In this document: positions 1-12,314 of the stretch, one piece after another
How the letters are laid out: each line of letters opens with the position of its first letter
How positions within the stretch are numbered: the stretch's first letter is position 1
DNA from: Eledone cirrhosa
Taxonomy: Eukaryota
Length of the DNA: 64,000 bases
Reading direction: 5' to 3'
NCBI GenBank assembly: GCA_964016885.1
Contig: OZ024740.1
Span: 322,214,001 to 322,278,000, forward strand
The notes under the pieces: model-generated
The model's input: only the letters and a program-made list of their open reading frames with translations
Databases searched by the model: none
Told to the model about the DNA's origin: nothing
Program-made: the position numbers and the translations under genes

Positions 1-139
1 TTCATAATCATCACTCTGTCAAATCTCCCCACACCTGACATACACCCATAACATTATACTTATCCCCCTTCTTAACATCCAACCCTCTCTAAGGTAAAGA
101 GGGCTCATCTGTTGAGTTAATAAACAACAACCACTCTAG

Positions 140-635
140 TGCAGGTGCCACAAAAAATGCACCTCGGGTGGTTTGGCAGTAGTAAGAGCATTATACAGTA
201 GAAACGATGCCAAAAATGGTCGATAGGAGTCCTTAGCTGTGTCAAGGGAACATCAACCTTTCAAGTGTTGGTGATTCACACGATAAACACACTCAGTATA
301 CTCTGTAAAGTGGTTGGTGTTAGGAAGAGCATCCAGTATTAGGAAACCTGCCAAAGTGTCAGTAGAACTCTTCAACTGCATCAAAGACATAACAACCACC
401 CTAGTGTAGATGCCACGATAGAATGTAGTCGGTAAAGCACAGGAATGTAGGCAAGCGAGATAGATGTGGGGCCCTGGTATGTTGGAGCACTCAGTAGAGT
501 TCAGGAACGTATTTGGTAAACAGGCTTCCAGATCATCTAAGACGTCAGTAGTTAGAATACTGACTTGGTCAGTGACGGCTCGTCTAACCCATGCTAGCTT
601 CCAAACAGGGAAAATGATGATGATGATGATGACGA
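140..635 (+). mobile_element. Degenerate SINE / RTE-tail repeat fragments
   Basis: Contains GGTTGGTGTTAGGAAGAGCATCCAG and the ACCCATGCTAGC...(TGA)n tail, both recurring many times in the window at RTE 3' ends. Confidence 0.7.
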
Positions 636-969
636 TTATATATATATGTATATTAGAAAGAGTCATGGCCCGACTCTTTCTAATATAGCCATACACTACT
701 ATCCCAAATATCGAGTACTCTGTTGAGTAATTATTTTAAAACTGGGTCTAACCTGATGGGTGTGTGTGTGTGTGTGTGTGTGTGCGTGCAGAATAAGTTC
801 GATCATTCAGTATCTGTAAATATGAGGTAGTATTTAAGTCAGTAATCTAGTAATCAAGTAATTTTAACATTAAAAAAACAACATTTATTAATTATTTAAC
901 TATATAAAACGAATTTTGTTAACGAAATAAAAAATTGTCTTATGGAAGATACAGTAACATCAGAGTTAC

Positions 970-1162
970 CTCCCTTGCACAGATTGCTTATTCCCTCGCC
1001 TATTTCTTTATTTATTAATCTCATTTCCTCTTTATCTGTTATTTTCTCTCCTTCTCTCCATTTTTATATTTTCACATTTCAATTTCTCTCTCCTACTTTC
1101 GTTATCTCGGAAATAATTTTGATTAAATTTTGTCAACATTTTTTGGTTCATAATTAAGGTGT
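970..1162 (-). other. Candidate 5' exon of a leftward host gene
   Basis: Minus-strand acceptor ataattctag at 1163-1172 and donor gtaact at 964-969. A strong minus donor gtaagt at 1537-1542 lies upstream in CpG-richer unique DNA. No homology support. Confidence 0.2.
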
Positions 1163-1199
1163 CTAGAATTATGATTTAAAACGTCTTGTTAAATACTGG

Positions 1200-1799
1200 C
1201 ATAAAATACAACCACCCGTGGTAATGCTGCGAGCGTGTTGGCTTGCCTCAAAATATTCTGTTGACCCTTGTGATGTGCGGCTGATTGTCGCACTTAGTGA
1301 TGAATTGATGGTCGAATTCTTCTTTTTTTCTTTCTCTCGCTTTAGTCAAATATTTGTACGTCATATTTGTGAGGTTCCTAGTCATAATTAATTGTATTTA
1401 TTATATGTTTATATTTGTGTTTATATGTTCATTCTGAAAGAATTGTGAACAAATTCAACTGCGAATAAAATTTACACAAGAGATTTTTTAAAAATACAAA
1501 TATATAGATCAACGTAATCTCGTTTCTATTTGCCTGACTTACAATGTGACATTCAACAAGTCTTTAGTAATAATTATGCATGTATATATATATGTGTGTG
1601 TGTAAATAGATTTTTCCCTGTGTATTCGTTGGTGTTATTCTCTGTCCGATTTCAGCACGCTCTCTACGCATTAATACTTGCCACTGAAAAATAAAACCGA
1701 ATTCTTCCCGTTTCTCATCGAGTATTGACCCGGCCGTTCTAAAATTAGCGACTCGTGTTACATTTGGACAATGATGATCACGATAAATTCCTATTATAT

Positions 1800-1834
<35 letters not shown>

Positions 1835-1950
1835 GAAAGTTAAAGATACCCGGGGAGAATGTGGATTGTTATTCAGTAAAGGAATATGTCTTTCTCATGT
1901 TTTGTCGGTGGAGAGAAATGCGATATATTTGTAAAATCTATCGTAAAATT
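1200..1950. promoter_or_regulatory. CpG-retaining unique region, possible promoter or 5' end
   Basis: CpG visibly more frequent than in flanks; largely free of repeats; contains a minus-strand gtaagt donor; next to the tRNA gene. Confidence 0.3.
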
Positions 1951-2153
1951 TAGAATGAAGAAAATTAGCTACAGTAATTTTTAATGAGAAAATGTTATAA
2001 ATTTTAGACAACATGGCTGAATCATCTCCAATTAATGCTATAAAATTAATCTCATATAGTCCTTACTCATTAAAAATTAAAAAATATAGATATATGCTTA
2101 TCGCATTTCTGAAATCGATATAAAGCATGAATTTTACACTTGAACTTTCAGCA

Positions 2154-2226
2154 GCCGAAATAGCTCAGTTGGGAGAGCGTTAGACTGAAGATCTAAAGGT
2201 CCCTGGTTCAATCCCGGGTTTCGGCA
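2154..2226 (+). tRNA. trnF-GAA: tRNA-Phe (anticodon GAA)
   Basis: 73-nt GCCGAAATAGCTCAGTTGGGAGAGCGTTAGACTGAAGATCTAAAGGTCCCTGGTTCAATCCCGGGTTTCGGCA. Acceptor stem GCCGAAA/TTTCGGC, anticodon GAA at 2187-2189 (positions 34-36), A and B boxes intact; canonical metazoan tRNA-Phe. Confidence 0.98.
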
Positions 2227-2248
2227 TCCGGAGGCTGCTCCTTATTTA

Positions 2249-2262
2249 TTTTATTTTTTTTT
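2249..2262 (+). terminator. RNA polymerase III oligo-T terminator
   Basis: T4 then T9 run 22-36 nt downstream of the tRNA. Confidence 0.75.
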
Positions 2263-2349
2263 AAAAATAACTTTTATAATAAATATTTACTATTAAACTG
2301 TTATTTTTTTTGTATTGCGTCTGAATGTGTGTTCTTTACATCATATTCA

Positions 2350-2625
2350 AAGTGCAGTTAGCCGAATATTTAAGATGTTCATGTTGCAACCATTAGATCT
2401 TGGGTTCGATGGCATCTTGGGTAAGTGTCATTTGCCATAACCTTCGACTGACCGGTACTTGATGAGTGAAGTTGGATTGTCATAGTATCACTCTGAATCT
2501 CCTTGAGAATTATGTTAAGAGTGCACGAGTCTGTGGAATGCTCGAGCACTTAGACGTTAATTTCTGGAGTAGGTTATTCAGTTGATCCAACAACTGAAAC
2601 ATTCAACGTCGAAATCGACGGTTGA
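2350..2625 (+). mobile_element. Old tRNA-derived SINE
   Basis: Degenerate head with GGGTTCGAT B-box, CTTGGGTAAGTGTC central segment and a SINE-like body. Confidence 0.55.
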
Positions 2626-2984
2626 TTCAAAGTACACACTCACATACACACACTTACACGCGCACATACACACATACATACTCACACACATATATATATA
2701 TGTATGTATATCACTATCATCATCATTGTTTATTTTCCATACTCACATGAGTTAAATGGGTTGTTACGTTATAAAACTAGTCAGGTCAGGTGACCATAGC
2801 TTGCTTATATGGATCTGTTTTTAGCTTCGTTTCTACAGCTGGACGTCCTTCCTTATACCAACCACATTACAGCATGGACTGGATGCATTTTATCATAACA
2901 CCAAAAGAACTACATAACAGGGTCTGTATTATGATGGGGGATGGTGTGTGTGTTAGAGATATGTGTGTGTGTATATATATATAC

Positions 2985-3295
2985 TCCTGTGTCAGTGTTG
3001 AACAAAAAGGTGACGAGGTTGCCTAAACACTGTACGGCGTAATTCGGGCTGTTTGTTTGTATATAAATGTAAGTATGTATGTATGTATACGTACATACAT
3101 ATATGTATACAGACGTACAGTAGTATGTATATATATACATACATCCACACATATATATATGCACGTATCGGTTTACCGAACATTTATTATAATGCTCGGT
3201 TTGTTTGTTTGTTTGTTTACAAATATATATACATACTACTGTACGTCTGTATACATATATGTATGTACGTATACATACATACTTACATTTATATA
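2985..3295 (+). repeat. Rearranged copy of the 431-nt HHR repeat family (see 27360-28668)
   Basis: Shares GTCAG..TGAACAAA..ACACTGTACGG..TAATTCGGG and CTACTGTACGTCTGTATAC with 27540-27750; contains an internal inversion. Confidence 0.8.
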
Positions 3296-3386
3296 TATTA
3301 TACACATATATATATAGGCAGATTGTATATATTAAGGAAAACGAAGTTTTGTTTACATGTAGTTATTTTTTTTTATTATGTATCGA

Positions 3387-3463
3387 CCTGTTATGCGTGT
3401 TTCTCAAGATCACCCATGGAAGTTATGGACCTTACTCCATTATCAATTTGCTCTTCAGACTGG
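3387..3463 (-). ncRNA. Type I hammerhead ribozyme motif, long stem II, degenerate
   Basis: Minus strand: CCAGT-CTGAAGA-[~48-nt hairpin]-GAAAC-ACGC-ATA-ACAGG, then an A-rich AATAAA. ACGCATA is a plausible CpG-decayed GCGCGTA. Confidence 0.65.
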
Positions 3464-3737
3464 TTATTCATCAAAAGATATATATATATATATACATATC
3501 TTCTTCTTCACCCACTTATTCCTGGGAGAGTAGTGTCGGCAGAATTATCAAGCATGCCTTCCAGCAGGTCCTGTCAGAAGCAACTGTCTTGAAATGATGT
3601 GGCTGGATCCCCCAAGCGAAACCAGCCGAACTCATGGATGTTATCCAATGATCTTGATCAGAATCTACCCCCTGGGTATCGTGCATGATGATTTTGCCCA
3701 TAAAAATCTGTCCAGTGATTTTTTCCTGAGACCTTCT

Positions 3738-3886
3738 AATAACTGTTTCTACTTTTGGCACAAGGTACTTTATTTTATCGACCCCGTAAGGATGAAAGGC
3801 AAAGTTAACCTCGGCGGGATTTGAACTCAGAATGGCAAGGGCCGTAACTTTATACGTCAAAGCATGACGTCCGACTCTCTACCGAT
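3738..3886 (-). mobile_element. tRNA-derived SINE family A
   Basis: GAGTTCAAATCCCGCCGAGGTTAACTTTGCCTTTCATCCTTACGGGGTCGATAAAATAAAGTACC core; about 10 copies in the window. Confidence 0.85.
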
Positions 3887-4110
3887 GTTCATAATATGGG
3901 AGCTGTGGTCTTTCAGTTTGGAGAAGTAACGGTTCTACCTGGAGCGACTCTGATCTCTGTGCTATGCAGTCTATCAAGTAATGTTATTCCAAAGACCCGT
4001 CAGATGAACCCCATTTTGGCCACTTGCATTCACGATCATATTCCTTGAGAGGGAAAGTGTCTCAGTCTTCACAGCACTGATTTTCATTCCTGTCATGCAG
4101 CACTTGGTAA
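3887..4110 (-). mobile_element. Internally deleted RTE-type LINE fragment
   Basis: Reverse complement matches two separate parts of 51220-51730. Confidence 0.7.
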
Positions 4111-4446
4111 ATTTGCATGGTGATAAATTAAAGTTTTGCCTAAGATAAACCCTATAGTTTATGCTGATTACTTTACTGACAGGTGGAAGTGATTTAAGAT
4201 AAGAATGATATGTTAATAATTTATTTCTGGGATATACAAATGATACAGGATTATGTATATTTGGTAAAATAACTATTTACAAAGACAATAATTTCATTAT
4301 TACTATTATTAGATGCAGGGTGAGAACCCAAGACCTAGTGATTGGGAAGCAAACTTCTTATGGAAAAAACATGACTAAGATAGGAAATGCATTGTGTGTG
4401 TGCGTACATTTTAAAAGTTATATATCTATCTATTTAAAATCATCTG

Positions 4447-4478
<32 letters not shown>

Positions 4479-5057
4479 CAAACATACATGTATTATTATG
4501 GTTGATGTAACAATATAAAGTACTCCCAACAATATGCTCTTCTCTTATCAGTCACCAGTTTATTGTAGCAATCAAATCATACCATGAAGTGAATAATAAA
4601 GTTAGAAAAAAATATACAAAACAATATAGAATTTGTTGGGTTTTTTTAATTAAGTGTGGTATCAGGTTAAAATGTGTATATTTAATTAAGTCAGATAAAT
4701 ATAAATAAATATATTTTTTTAATTTTAATTCCATCAGCTGACAATATATTGTTAAAAACTTTTTGTTTCTTTGTCACAACAAATTGAATAGAAACAAAGA
4801 AGCTATATTTTTAATTAGGGTTTAACATATAAGAATAAAAATAAGTGCGTACTCACACACACATAGACACACACACACTGATGCTTACACACAGATGTAC
4901 ACACACACAGATGCATGCACATACAGATGCACACACATTTACATACAGATGTACACACACACAGATACATACTTACACAAATGCACACACATAGATGCAG
5001 ACACACTCACACACGTGAATATATATATATATCATTATCATCATTGTTTAACGTCAA

Positions 5058-5395
5058 ACACCATGCTATACAGCATAGGAGTTATGGCCCTTTACATTCT
5101 GAGTTCAAATCTCGCCAGGTTAACTTTGCCTTTCATCCTCAGAGGGTCTATAAAATAAAGTACCAGTAATGCACTGTGGTAATTGCTGGCCTTGTGCCAA
5201 AGTTGGATTGGCAGTATCAGTAGAGAGTCAGACACCATGCTTTGAAGCATAGAGTTACGTCCCTTTATGATCTGAGTTCAAATCCCGCCGAGGTTAACTT
5301 TGCCTTTCATCCTTACGGGGTCAATAAAATAAAGTACCAGTAATGTACTGGGTAATTGCTGGCCTTGTGCCTAAAATAGAAACAATTATTATTAT
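5058..5395 (+). mobile_element. Two tandem SINE family A copies
   Basis: Two successive GAGTTCAAATC..GCCTTTCATCCT..AAAGTACCAG..GGCCTTGTGCC units with an (ATT)n tail. Confidence 0.85.
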
Positions 5396-5510
5396 TATCA
5401 TTACACTCTGTTTAGTACAACACCAACAATAAGAACCAAACTACTGGAAACTATATATCGAGTGCTCACTCTGGTGAACCTACAGCAACTTTATGTTACA
5501 ATCCCTAAAC

Positions 5511-5543
<33 letters not shown>

Positions 5544-6754
5544 GATTGGGAATATATATTTCCCACATACATATACAGTAGACAATATAGGGCTTGAGAG
5601 AACCTCTTTGGTGCTGGTGCCATGATAAAGTGCACCCAGTAAACTCAGTAAAGTGTTAGTGTTTCTGCTAGGAAGGACATTTAGCTATAGAAACCATGTC
5701 CAACGTGCAATGTATGTGCAATGTATGAGCAAGATGGGCCAATACGTCTTGTCTAATTCTGACCATAACAACCCATATATACAATGCCTGCATCTCAGTT
5801 TCGAAAATTGTCATTCCTTGACCTTTTTCTCATATATGGGTGGCATGAATATGACTTTTTAACCCTGCTGTAGTGAAAGAAAAAGGAAAAGGCCATGCTC
5901 ATGCAACACAAGTGTAAGTCGTTTAGATCAAGTGATGCCTGCCTTTGCACTGGACTAATTTCACTCTCTGAACAATGGTGACATGCATCCAAAAAGAAGA
6001 ACAGGTCAACATCATTGGCTGTCACCAAGTCATAGGTTTTACATAAGAGTTTTCCTTCTCCTAGAATGATGTCCTAACAAGAACTAGGGTTTACTCAACT
6101 CCTAGTGGGCTAATTGCATGCTTGTGCACCAAACAGAGCATTTCCAATTAGTGTGAATCTTGTATATTGGGCTTTATATGGTTGTTGGCAGTGTTTTTCA
6201 GGCTGGAAACCCTTCTTATCACCAACCACTTTACAGCATGAGCTGGGTGCATTCTTCGTACCACCAGTACTAGAGATGTTGGCTAACTGGACTTAAGGGT
6301 CCTCTCTACCTTGTATCAGTTTTTATTCAGAGTAACTGTCCTCCTAGATAGGCAGTCTTCGTCATGGCTTATGGAGTTCACATCTACCCCATGCAGTCTT
6401 GTTCATTTGGAATGACTGCCCTCCTAACTGGGCTGTCTTCTCTGGGGCTTACAGAACCCATGTCTATCCAATTATTTAGGTATGTTTATAGCATGATTGA
6501 TAAGTTTAGGAGGCACATGGTTGTCATAGTGGAGGGGAAGTGAGAAAGTGGAATACAGTGTTAGTTAGCATAAGGTTGAGTTCTGTAGGCAACAAGGTTA
6601 TTTATATATATAATAAATTGGGTTCTGATCTAGTGAAATTAGTAGATTGCAGCTGCATTACTGCAATTCGGCAGATTCATTGAGTGAGCTAGACATTGGC
6701 TGGAGAATGTTGACTTAATACCAGCGATCTTCGTTACTTTTATAATATATATCA

Positions 6755-7268
6755 TCATCATCATCATTTTACGTCTGCTTTTCCCTGCTTGCAAGGGTTG
6801 GATAGGTCCTATTCAGCACAGCATCTCTCCACTTGTCACGGTCTTTCGTCATCTCCTCGGTGAGTTTCAGCAATCTGCTCTCACCACATCCGCCCATGTT
6901 TTATGTGGTCTACCTCTACTGCGTCTTCCTTCTACTGGGATTTCTTCGCACTTCTTTACCCAGCGGTCATCCTCCATGCGCATCACATGTCCATACCATC
7001 TCAGCCTTCTCTCCTGCACACCACAACTTATCCCTCATATACCCGGTTTCTTTCTCAACTCGTCTATGCTTTGTCGTTCATATATATATCATCATCATTT
7101 TCATCATTTCATTTTACGTCCACTTTTCCCTGCTTGCAAGGGTGGGACGGGAACTTATTCTGGCTTGATTTCTACAGCTGGATGCCCTTCCTAACACCAA
7201 CCTCATTTACAGTGAGTGCTGGGTGCTTTTTTGCCGTAGCACCTCCACGACCACTTTGCAGTGGAATG

Positions 7269-7270
<2 letters not shown>
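6755..7270 (-). mobile_element. RTE LINE 3' fragment plus RTE-tailed SINE
   Basis: Minus strand encodes RRLRWYGHVMRMEDDR-like RTE C-terminus, with the shared tail. Confidence 0.75.
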
Positions 7271-7318
<48 letters not shown>

Positions 7319-7384
7319 ATAAGAAAGTGAGGTTTTTTTTACAAAATGAAAAACCACAGACCCTCCATGTGAGAAAAACCACAG

Positions 7385-7421
7385 ACCCTGAAAAGGAGAA
7401 GAACTGCGAAACCGGTAAAGG
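7385..7421 (+). ncRNA. Minimal hammerhead ribozyme relic
   Basis: CC-CTGAAAA-GGAG..ACTGC-GAAAC-CG-GTA-AAGG, then AATAAA; palindromic ACCGGT stem III; core G8 mutated. Confidence 0.5.
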
Positions 7422-7490
7422 AACCAAATAAATATATATATTTTTAAAAAAAATAAGACTTCAGTTGCATTTTCGATTTCATCTCTTTTT

Positions 7491-7524
<34 letters not shown>

Positions 7525-9089
7525 TGTCACGACAAAACGCACCCACCCCACAATGTAAAGTGGTCATGTAGGTGTCATGATAAAAAGCATCTAGTACTCA
7601 CTGTAAATGTGATTCGCATTAGGAAAGGCATCCAACTGTAGAAATCAAGTCAAATGAGCTGGATATGATCACCTGACCTGACTTGTCTCACTACAGGACT
7701 ATTCGTCTAACCCATGCTAGCATTGAAAAATGGACGTTAAACATTGATGATGATGATGATACATATATATATATATATATATTTATATCATCATCATCAT
7801 CATTTAATGTCCATTTTTTCATGCTGGCATACTTATGCCAATCCCATCAACCCCATCTCACAGAGTAAAGAGGGGTCTTCTGTTGGGACAAGGATCAGCA
7901 ACCTCTCTAGCATTGGGGCCATGTAATGCACCTGGTACACTCTGTTGGAAGGACACCCTGCTGTAAAAACTATAAAAAGGGGTTGCCTATAAAATAAAGG
8001 ATTGAAAGGACCTTTCAGTTGTGTCATTCCACAAGAACCTCTCCATTGTTGATCTACACAATAAATGCACCCAGTACATGCTGTAAAATGGTTGATGATA
8101 GGAAGGGCATCAAGCCATAGAAAGCTTTCCAAACAAAGGGTTTGGAGGACCCTTCAGTCATATCAAGAACATGACAGTCTCAGAGCAGATTTTGAAAAGC
8201 TGGGTTTCACAGAACCATAAAGAGCACGAGTTAGAAAGTTGTAAAACATTTTAGAAATTTAGTATGTAATAACTGTATATACACATGTATAGATACAAAA
8301 ACATATGCACGTGTACACATATAACTCAAAACATACAGATCCACACATGCAATAACATATACCTACACACAAACACATACAGATACAGACATAGATACGT
8401 GTTTATCTTCTTGATTGTCTAAATTCCAATGAAAGAGTCTTGTGTCTATGTTAGAAGCCGACTCTCTTTCTATTGGTAAAAATTTATAAAATAATAAAAC
8501 CAGAACATACATACATACATACATACACACATACACATACATGCATACATATATACATACATATATTCAATTAATTTTTAAATGCTTTATGTATTTGAAT
8601 AGAGGAGGGGTGATAAATGGGGGAAAGGAGGGGAAAGAAGAGAAATGAGATGAAAATTACATATGCTTAACAAGTTTGATATGAACCTTACTCCATCTAC
8701 TTAATTAGTTTGATAATGAACCCTGCTCTATTGACAAGCAGTAATCAACGTGATGAACAAAAGTAATGCTTTATTAATCTTCGACAGAAAAAAGGATTTT
8801 CTTTCACATTTTCCCCTCATTGTTTCCTTGCCGTTTCCTCATTATTCCATTATCTTCTGTTAGTTATCATTTTTGGCATCATTAACTTCCATCGAAGAAT
8901 TAGCTAGAATTTCATTTTATTTAACAATGAATTGGTTTACCTCTTTTCATGTTTCTTTTATTACATAGATGCAGTCATGTTTGAGTAGTTAAGAATTTTA
9001 CTTCATAATCATGAGGTTTTGTGTTCAATCCCATTGTGTGTCATCTCAAGCAAGTATTTTTTACCATAAATTGATCAAAATGTTATAGC

Positions 9090-9123
<34 letters not shown>

Positions 9124-9417
9124 CCATTTTTATGTCCGTTTTTCCATGTTTGCATGAGTTAGACGGATTCTTTTCAGCTCAGCATCTCTCCTCACAGCAT
9201 GATCCTTTATCATCTCCACTGTGAGTTTCAGTGATTTGAGATCAGCCTTCATCAACTAGGATTTCTTGGCATTTCTTCACCCAGCGATCACCCATCCACG
9301 TGGATCACATGTCCGTACCAATGTAATCTTCTTTCTTGCACACTACTTTTAATCATACTTATACTCAGATTTATTCTCAGTTCATCCAAGCTCTGTATAT
9401 ATATGTACATATATATA

Positions 9418-9464
<47 letters not shown>

Positions 9465-9533
9465 GCAGTTGGATGCTTAAAGCATATGCAGTAGGCTGTT
9501 TGAGCACTCGATGCTCTCATAGAGCAGAGTATG

Positions 9534-9802
9534 ATATCACAGAAAAAAAGAGAATCAGTGTTGCGACGAATGGAATTTATTGGACATATTACAATACTTT
9601 CTCTGGCGACCAGCTCGAGGCGCGATAGATGTGATGATCGAACCTGACTCTGAAAAAGACATATCTTAGGACCTTGCGATTTTCAGAGTCAGGTTCGATC
9701 ATCACATCGATCGTGCCTCGAGCTGGTCACCAGAGAAACTATTGTAATATGTCCAATAAATTCCATTTGTCGCAACACTGATTCTCTTTTTTTCTGTGAT
9801 AT
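9534..9802. repeat. Fold-back inverted repeat (arms ~120 bp) of an HHR-bearing element
   Basis: 9534-9655 is the near-perfect reverse complement of 9680-9802; lies between (TA)n tracts. Confidence 0.95.
9658..9753 (+). ncRNA. Type I hammerhead motif, long stem II, degenerate core
   Basis: GACATAT-CTTAGGA-[63 nt]-GAAAC-TATT-GTA-ATATGTC, then AATAAA; perfect 7-bp stem I; CUGA mutated to CUUA. Confidence 0.65.
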
Positions 9803-10115
9803 ATATATATATATATATATATATAAAGAGAGAGAGAGAGAGAGATTGGGAGTTACTAGTTCAGACTAGTGAGACCATTGTTCAAATTATTATTCTATAT
9901 TTAAGAAAGTACAGTGTAAGTTGACAAAACCCGCCATTGAAATGTTAAGAGCTGAGCCATCGGGCAGTAACTCATAACATCTTACACATAAATATATATA
10001 TGTTATATACACACACATATATATATATATGTGAACTCCTTGAACACATATATCTATGTGAACATACAAGATGGAGTAGAAGTTTAAGACCAGGAAAAAG
10101 AGGAGGCACAACATA

Positions 10116-10265
10116 ATCATTGAGGAAGTCACAGAATGTGTGACAAAAGAACTTTGATAAACAAATTAATAATGAACAATAAAGATAAAGTGAAAATTAT
10201 ATGGTGCATATGTTTTTTTTTATTGGCAATATTGGCAACATGACCATCTCCAAATATAACAATAT
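10116..10265 (+). mobile_element. Solo terminal repeat of the PLE at 56671-58025, with degenerate HHR at 10116-10158
   Basis: ATCA-TTGAGGA-AGTCACAGAATGTGTGAC-AAAAG-AA-CTT-TGAT. The terminus TATTGGCAACATGACC..CCAAA.TATAACAA matches the reverse complement of 56671-56703. Confidence 0.75.
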
Positions 10266-10272
10266 ATATTGT

Positions 10273-11706
10273 CAAGAATTTAGTGTAAAAGTTGGTGTTC
10301 ATCAAGGCTCTGTCCTTAGCCCCCTCTTATTTATTATTGTCCTTCAGGCTATAACAGTGGAGTTCAAGACCGGCTGCCCATGGGAACTCCTATACGCAGA
10401 TGATCTAACGCTCATAGCTGAATCAATGGCTGAACTAGAGAAGAAATTCCAAACATGGAAGCATGGCCTAGAATAAAAAGGCCTTAAAGTTAACTTGTCT
10501 AAGACTAAAGTTCTAGTTTATAGAAAGGAAAATAGGGCACAGGTGCCCTCAGGGAAATGGTCATGCTCAGTGTATAGGAAAGGAGTAGGCAGAAATTCCA
10601 TTTTATGTCCCAAATGCAAAGTATGGGTACATAAAAGATGTAGTGGGATCACAGGTAAACTATCTAAGAACGTAGACTTTATATGTGGCCGATGCTCAGG
10701 TGCAATAGGTAGCAAGTGTCCACAGGATACTAGCCCCTTCTATTGCCCAGATGGTTCTATAGAAATAGTAGACACTTTCCGTTACCTGGGTGACAAAATC
10801 AGCAGTGGTGGAGGTGTTCTGAAAGTACAGTAGCTAGAGTCAGAACGGGATGGAAAAAGTTCAGAGAGCTTATACCGCTGTTGGCCACAAAAGGTTTCTC
10901 TCTAAAAATGAAAGGCAGATTGTATGATACCTGTATACGAACAGCAATGCTACATGGCAGTGAGTCATGGGCATTACGTGCAGAGGACCTGCGTAGCCTA
11001 GAAAGGAACGAAGCATGCATGGTCCGTTGGATGTGTATTAGTAATATACGTGAACAGCAAAGCATAAATGAACTAAGTGAGAAATTAGGAATAAGAGGGA
11101 TCAGATGCTGTTTACTTGAGAGAAGACTACGTTGGTATAGTCACGTGATGCGCATGAAAGACGACAGCTGCATAAAAAAGTGTAGGGCGATCAAAATTGA
11201 TGGTAGTTACGGAGTAGGTTGACCAAGAAAAACCTGGGATGATCTGATAAATTCCGACCTCAAACACTTACATTTCTCTAAGACAATGTCTCTGGACTGA
11301 GATCTTTGGCGCTATGCAGTAATACAGAAGACCCGCCTTGCCTATGTACAAAGCGAAACCTACAGTCAGTAAGCACCTCTTGACCAAATATACACCCCCA
11401 ATCCACTATCCCTACCCTGTCCTCCCACTCCCACCAACAGCACGAGAAAATGAGATCGAGATCGTGTAGATGTCACGACAAAATAACACACAGTCCACGC
11501 TGTAATGTGGCCGTGTAGGTAACACGGTAAAAACCTCCCAGTCCACACTGTAAACGTGGTTGGTGTTAGGAAGGGCATCCAGCCGTAGAAAACCCGCCAG
11601 ACAGTCCTATACGAGCAAGACAACCAATCTTGCCTCAAGTGGGAAAATCCCCGTCCAAACCCTTGTAAGCGTGGAAGATGGACGTTAAACGATAATGATG
11701 ATGATG
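10273..11706 (+). mobile_element. 5'-truncated RTE-clade LINE (RT C-half, frameshifted) with 3' UTR
   Basis: GVHQGSVLSPLLF, YADD, Cys-rich insert and RRLRWYSHVMRM; same family as 28890-31775. Confidence 0.95.
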
Positions 11707-12314
11707 ATAGGATGGAAGAAGGTTAGAGAACTGCTCCTACTGCTGACAACAAAAGGTTTCTCCCTACACACAAAAGGAAGGCTGCATGACACCTGTGTGT
11801 AGTGCACAATGCTGCATGGTAGTGAAACATGGACTGTATCCATAGAGGACATGTGTAGACTGGAGAGAAACAAAGCAGCCATGTTTCATTAGATGTGCAA
11901 TGTAAATGTGAGAGAAAGGCAGAATCAGTTCTGTATAAGCAAGATATGATCACCTGACCTGGCATTGCTGACTAGGATAACTCGTTTAACCCATGTCAGC
12001 ATGGAAAAATGGATGTTAACCGTTGATGATAATGATGATGATGATGATGTGTCTTGTTCTTGAGGAAGTCACTCCATTTCATGCCACTCCGGCTCAATCA
12101 GCTTTAGAAATGGATTTGTGCTTCAGAGGGCAACTTTCTAGGTGCAAATCTTATGGTCACTCATGACCGAAGGGGATCCTCATAAATTTTATAAACAGAC
12201 CCTAATGAAATTTACTATATCATAGGAAGGAAATGCATTTTTACTATTAATTTTATTCTCTCTCTCACCCAAACTCTCTTCCTCATTCTCTCTCTTTATC
12301 TCTTCATCTATCAG

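Noticed and set aside
5416-5510. Exon-like stretch after tttag
   Set aside because: Contains the repeat-tail motif and resembles the reverse complement of 52900-52935.
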